From NCBI GenBank assembly GCA_039683575.1, contig JBDKRC010000011.1:1-20775 (forward strand): a stretch of 20,775 nt of DNA, read 5' to 3'. The stretch comes from Armatimonadia bacterium. Its GTDB lineage: Bacteria; Armatimonadota; Zipacnadia; Zipacnadales; UBA11051. Position 1 is the stretch's first letter; the number at the start of each line of letters is the position of its first letter. Shown piece after piece: positions 17,738 through 20,775 of this stretch. The translations under genes and the position numbers were made by a program. The notes beneath the pieces were generated by a model. The model did not search any database. It was not told the DNA's origin and saw only the letters and a program-made list of their open reading frames with translations.

Positions 17738-19204
17738 ATGTCCTTCAGCCTCTCCGCCTATCTCCGCGACCGCTGGCATAGCCCCTCGGGTTACCGCGAC
17801 GTGCTTGTGCTTGCCGGCCCCCTGGTGCTGAGTACCGGCACCATGACCATCCAGCAGTTCGTCAACCGCATGTTCCTGACATGGTACTCCCCCGAGGCTC
17901 TGGCAGCGTCTCTTCCCGGCGGCACGCTTTCGTTCACCTTCCTGTGCTTCTTCATCGGCACGGTCTCGTATGCCAACACCTTCGTGGCCCAGTACCACGG
18001 TGCGGGAGAGGGTAAGCGCATTCCCGCGGCCGTCTGGCAGGCCGTGTACCTGTCGCTGCTGGCGTCGGTGCTCATTCTCCCGCTGGCGCTGCTCGCGAGG
18101 CCCCTTTTCGCGATGGGCGGCCATGAGCCCGCGGTTCAGGTACTCGAGGTGCAGTACTTCCGCATTCTCACCCTCGGCGGTGGCTTCGGGATCCTCTCCT
18201 CCGCAGTGTCGGCCTTCTTCGTCGGCCTGGGTCGTACCCGCACCGTCATGTGGGTCAACGTCGGTACGGCGCTCACCAACGTGCTCCTGGACTACCTGCT
18301 GATCTTCGGCACACTTGGCCTGCCGCGTCTGGGCATCGCCGGCGCGGCGTACGCCACGGTTGCCTCGTCATTCCTCGGCGCGCTGGTCTTCAAGGAGCTA
18401 TTCCTGCAATCGCCTCTGGCACGCGAGTACCAGGTCTGGTTCCGCCGTGGCCTCGACTTACCGTTGCTGGGACGCCTGCTGCGGTTCGGGGCGCCTAGCG
18501 GCCTGCACTTCATGCTGGATATCCTGGCCTGGTCGATGTTCATCATGTTGGTGGGGAGGTTGGGGACAAACGCCCTGGCCGCCACCAATCTGGCTTTCCA
18601 GGTCAACTCGCTGATCTTCCTGCCGATGATCGGTTTCTCGATTGCCACCACAACCCTCGTCGGGCACCGCCTCGGCGAGAATCGCCCCGCTCTGGCCGTG
18701 AAGACGACCTGGTCCGCCTTCCAGATGACCTTCAGCTACATGGCCATCCTGGCGCTGTTGTACCTGACCATCCCGGACCTCTTCCTGTTGCCCTTCGGCG
18801 CCGGGGCCGACCCGGCGCAGTTCAGCCAGATTCGCGGGACGGTTGTCATCCTGCTGCACTTCGTCGCAGTATACTCGCTGTTTGATGGTGCGAACCTGAT
18901 CTTCTCCGCCGCCCTCAAAGGCGCCGGTGACACGCTTTTCGTCATGATCATGTCCACGGGCCTGAGCATGAGCCTGATGGTCGTCCCGACGTGGCTGATC
19001 TGCCACGACGGCAAGGGCAGCATCTGGGCGGCGTGGCTAGCCCTGACCGCATACATCTGCGTTCTGGCGCTATGCTTCCTGTGGAGGTTCCTGCTCGGCA
19101 GATGGAAGACAATGCGTGTCACCGAGGTGCCGCACGCGCCGGTCTCGCCGACGTACCCAGTGCCCGACCACCCCTTCACGGATGCGGACATCACTGCATC
19201 TTAG
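17738..19204 (+). CDS. MATE-family efflux transporter
   Basis: About 12 TM segments in two halves; FVAQYHGAG, NVLLDYLLIFG..GLPRLGIAGAAYAT, TTLVGHRLGE, LKGAGDT motifs. Confidence 0.92.
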   Translation: MSFSLSAYLRDRWHSPSGYRDVLVLAGPLVLSTGTMTIQQFVNRMFLTWYSPEALAASLPGGTLSFTFLCFFIGTVSYANTFVAQYHGAGEGKRIPAAVWQAVYLSLLASVLILPLALLARPLFAMGGHEPAVQVLEVQYFRILTLGGGFGILSSAVSAFFVGLGRTRTVMWVNVGTALTNVLLDYLLIFGTLGLPRLGIAGAAYATVASSFLGALVFKELFLQSPLAREYQVWFRRGLDLPLLGRLLRFGAPSGLHFMLDILAWSMFIMLVGRLGTNALAATNLAFQVNSLIFLPMIGFSIATTTLVGHRLGENRPALAVKTTWSAFQMTFSYMAILALLYLTIPDLFLLPFGAGADPAQFSQIRGTVVILLHFVAVYSLFDGANLIFSAALKGAGDTLFVMIMSTGLSMSLMVVPTWLICHDGKGSIWAAWLALTAYICVLALCFLWRFLLGRWKTMRVTEVPHAPVSPTYPVPDHPFTDADITAS

Positions 19205-19232
19205 GGTAGGGGAGAGGCTTTCGCCACAGACA

Positions 19233-19266
19233 CAAAACGGCACCGGTAACAATCACCGGTGCCGTT
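19233..19266 (-). terminator. Rho-independent terminator between convergent genes
   Basis: Perfect 12 bp stem AACGGCACCGGT (19236-19247) / ACCGGTGCCGTT (19255-19266); reads ...GCCGTTTTGTGT on the minus strand. Confidence 0.8.
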
Positions 19267-19293
19267 CAAACGTTAGGCGTCAGGCGTCAAGCG

Positions 19294-20382
19294 CTAGCTG
19301 ATGTTGACCGCCTTGCCGCTCTCCGCGCTCTTGTAGCACGCATCCAGGATCTTCATGATCCGCAGACCATCGTACCCCGACGAGATGCACTCCTTGCCTT
19401 CCACCAGGCAGTCCACGAAGTGGCCTACCGCGTTCAGACGGCCCATGTTCGGGTCCGGCTCGACGATCAGGTTGCGGTTGACCGGCACGCCGTTCTCCTG
19501 CGTGTACAGCTCCAGCGTGTCAACCGAGCTGTCGTCCACACCGTCAATCTCGAAGACGCGCTCCAGGCTCGCGCCGGCTTCGGTGCCCTGAAGCGTCGAA
19601 TAGACATGCTCGCGCTTGATGCGCCCGGCCCACCCGGCTTGCAGCATGATCGTCTGCCCGCCGCTGAACTTGATCATCGCGCAGCCCATGTCCTCGACAT
19701 CGAACTTGCCCTTGGTGTTGGGAGTGCCCCACGGGCCCAGCGCCTGCATCTTCGGCCCGAAGACCGAGTACGCCGAGGCCAGCACTGTCGTAGGCTCGGG
19801 GTTGCCCATGAGCCACATCGTCAGGTCCAGCATGTGGACGCCGAGGTCAATGATCGGCCCGCCGCCGGCGAACTCCTTCTGCGTGAACCAGCCGCCCCAG
19901 CCGGGGATGCCGTTGCGCCTGATCCAGCCGCACTTGGCGAAGTAGATGTCGCCCAGCACGCCCTGGTCGATGTACTGCTTGAGTATCTGCGACTCGGGCC
20001 GGTAGCGGTTGTTGAAGCTCGTCATCAGGAGCTTGCCCGCCTTGGCTGCCGCGTCCACCATCTTCTGGCCCTCTTTGGCGTTGCGTGCCAGCGGCTTTTC
20101 GCACAGCACGTTCTTGCCGGCGGCCAGACAATCCGTCACTACGGGCATGTGGAACTTGTTGGGCACGCAGACGCTTACCGCGTCAACCTCGATCTCCTTG
20201 AACATCCGGTTGTAGTCTTCGAAAATGGTGGTCACGCCGTGCTTGGCGCCCAGTGCGGTCGCCGCCGCGGGGTTCAGATCGCAGATCGCGACGAGCTCCG
20301 CCTTCGGGTGTGCCTCATATCCCATCGCATGATACCGGCCCACACCGGCGCCGATCACAGCGGTTCGCAGCTTCTTGGCCAT
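19294..20382 (-). CDS. Gfo/Idh/MocA-family NAD(P)-dependent oxidoreductase
   Basis: RTAVIGAG, VCVPNKFH, GKNVLCEKPL, RRNGIPGWGGWFT, GGGPIIDLGVHMLD, FDVED; GAGGGAGG SD before ATG 20382. Confidence 0.92.
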   Translation of the reverse strand: MAKKLRTAVIGAGVGRYHAMGYEAHPKAELVAICDLNPAAATALGAKHGVTTIFEDYNRMFKEIEVDAVSVCVPNKFHMPVVTDCLAAGKNVLCEKPLARNAKEGQKMVDAAAKAGKLLMTSFNNRYRPESQILKQYIDQGVLGDIYFAKCGWIRRNGIPGWGGWFTQKEFAGGGPIIDLGVHMLDLTMWLMGNPEPTTVLASAYSVFGPKMQALGPWGTPNTKGKFDVEDMGCAMIKFSGGQTIMLQAGWAGRIKREHVYSTLQGTEAGASLERVFEIDGVDDSSVDTLELYTQENGVPVNRNLIVEPDPNMGRLNAVGHFVDCLVEGKECISSGYDGLRIMKILDACYKSAESGKAVNIS

Positions 20383-20475
20383 CTCGGGAACCTCCCTCAT
20401 TCTTGCGCGCGCACGCGCTGCAATAACCGCTGTATTAGCCGACAGCGGGCGAATTCCTTCATTCCCCTGCGAAAA

Positions 20476-20775
20476 TCAGTGCCCCTCCTGCTCAATCTTC
20501 GCCACCCGCTGGATTACCTCGACCACACTGTCCGGGTTTACCGATATCGAGTCGATCCCCGCCTGTACCAGGAACTCCGCGAACTCCGGATGGTCGCTAG
20601 GCGCCTGCCCGCACAGCCCCACCTTGCGGTGCTTGCTGTGTGCCCTTTCGATCAACTGGCGGATCATCTGCGTCACGGCCTCATTGCGTTCATCGAATAG
20701 CTGTGCCAGGTCCGCCGCGTCGCGGTCAACCCCCAGCACCAACTGCGTCAGATCATTGCTGCCGATGGAGAAGCC
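20476..20775 (-). CDS. ppsA: Phosphoenolpyruvate synthase, C-terminal part (5'-truncated by window edge)
   Basis: Frame open from the edge: GFSIGSNDLTQLVLGVDRD...FDERNEAV...VGLCGQAPSDHPEFAEFLV..GIDSISVNPDSV, the PEP-utilising C-terminal signature typical of PpsA. Confidence 0.9.
   Translation of the reverse strand, partial: GFSIGSNDLTQLVLGVDRDAADLAQLFDERNEAVTQMIRQLIERAHSKHRKVGLCGQAPSDHPEFAEFLVQAGIDSISVNPDSVVEVIQRVAKIEQEGH

Noticed and set aside
19206-19225. GTAGGGGAGAGGCTTTCGCC as another GTAG REP
   Set aside because: Palindrome too degenerate to support.
20427-20448. CCGCTGT/ACAGCGG hairpin after ppsA as a terminator
   Set aside because: Only a 7 bp stem with a weak TTATT tail; not enough to call.
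19420-20700. 426 aa plus-strand ORF
   Set aside because: Antisense to the Gfo/Idh/MocA gene and ppsA; composition typical of shadow frames.

Overview
GC-rich bacterial chromosomal segment made mostly of housekeeping and metabolic genes; I see no prophage, IS, CRISPR, rRNA or tRNA. The left half is a minus-strand run: gyrB, a secreted twin beta-sandwich protein, gyrA, nrdJ (B12-dependent ribonucleotide reductase), a SagB/ThcOx-type nitroreductase and a GT87 glycosyltransferase cut by the window edge and missed by the ORF track. The right half holds a PAP2-like membrane protein, two Gfo/Idh/MocA oxidoreductases, a small membrane protein, a DRE-TIM synthase resembling Dehalococcoides-type Re-citrate synthase, a TPR/beta-propeller protein, a creatininase-family enzyme, a SprT-like HExxH protein with two SH3/KOW-like repeats, a MATE transporter and the 3' end of ppsA. 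Best leads: (1) a gyrase that keeps its catalytic residues but has changed several near-invariant DNA-gate and drug-pocket motifs ([16 protein letters not shown]136-equivalent Asn, KCVAIVG, GAPRY); (2) a candidate three-way-junction leader RNA before the citrate synthase-like gene; (3) an nrdJ promoter whose -10 box sits inside a dyad, followed by a leader hairpin; (4) the SprT-2xSH3 architecture; (5) two distinct REP-like repeat families. All family calls are by motif recognition from memory; no searches or folding programs were run.
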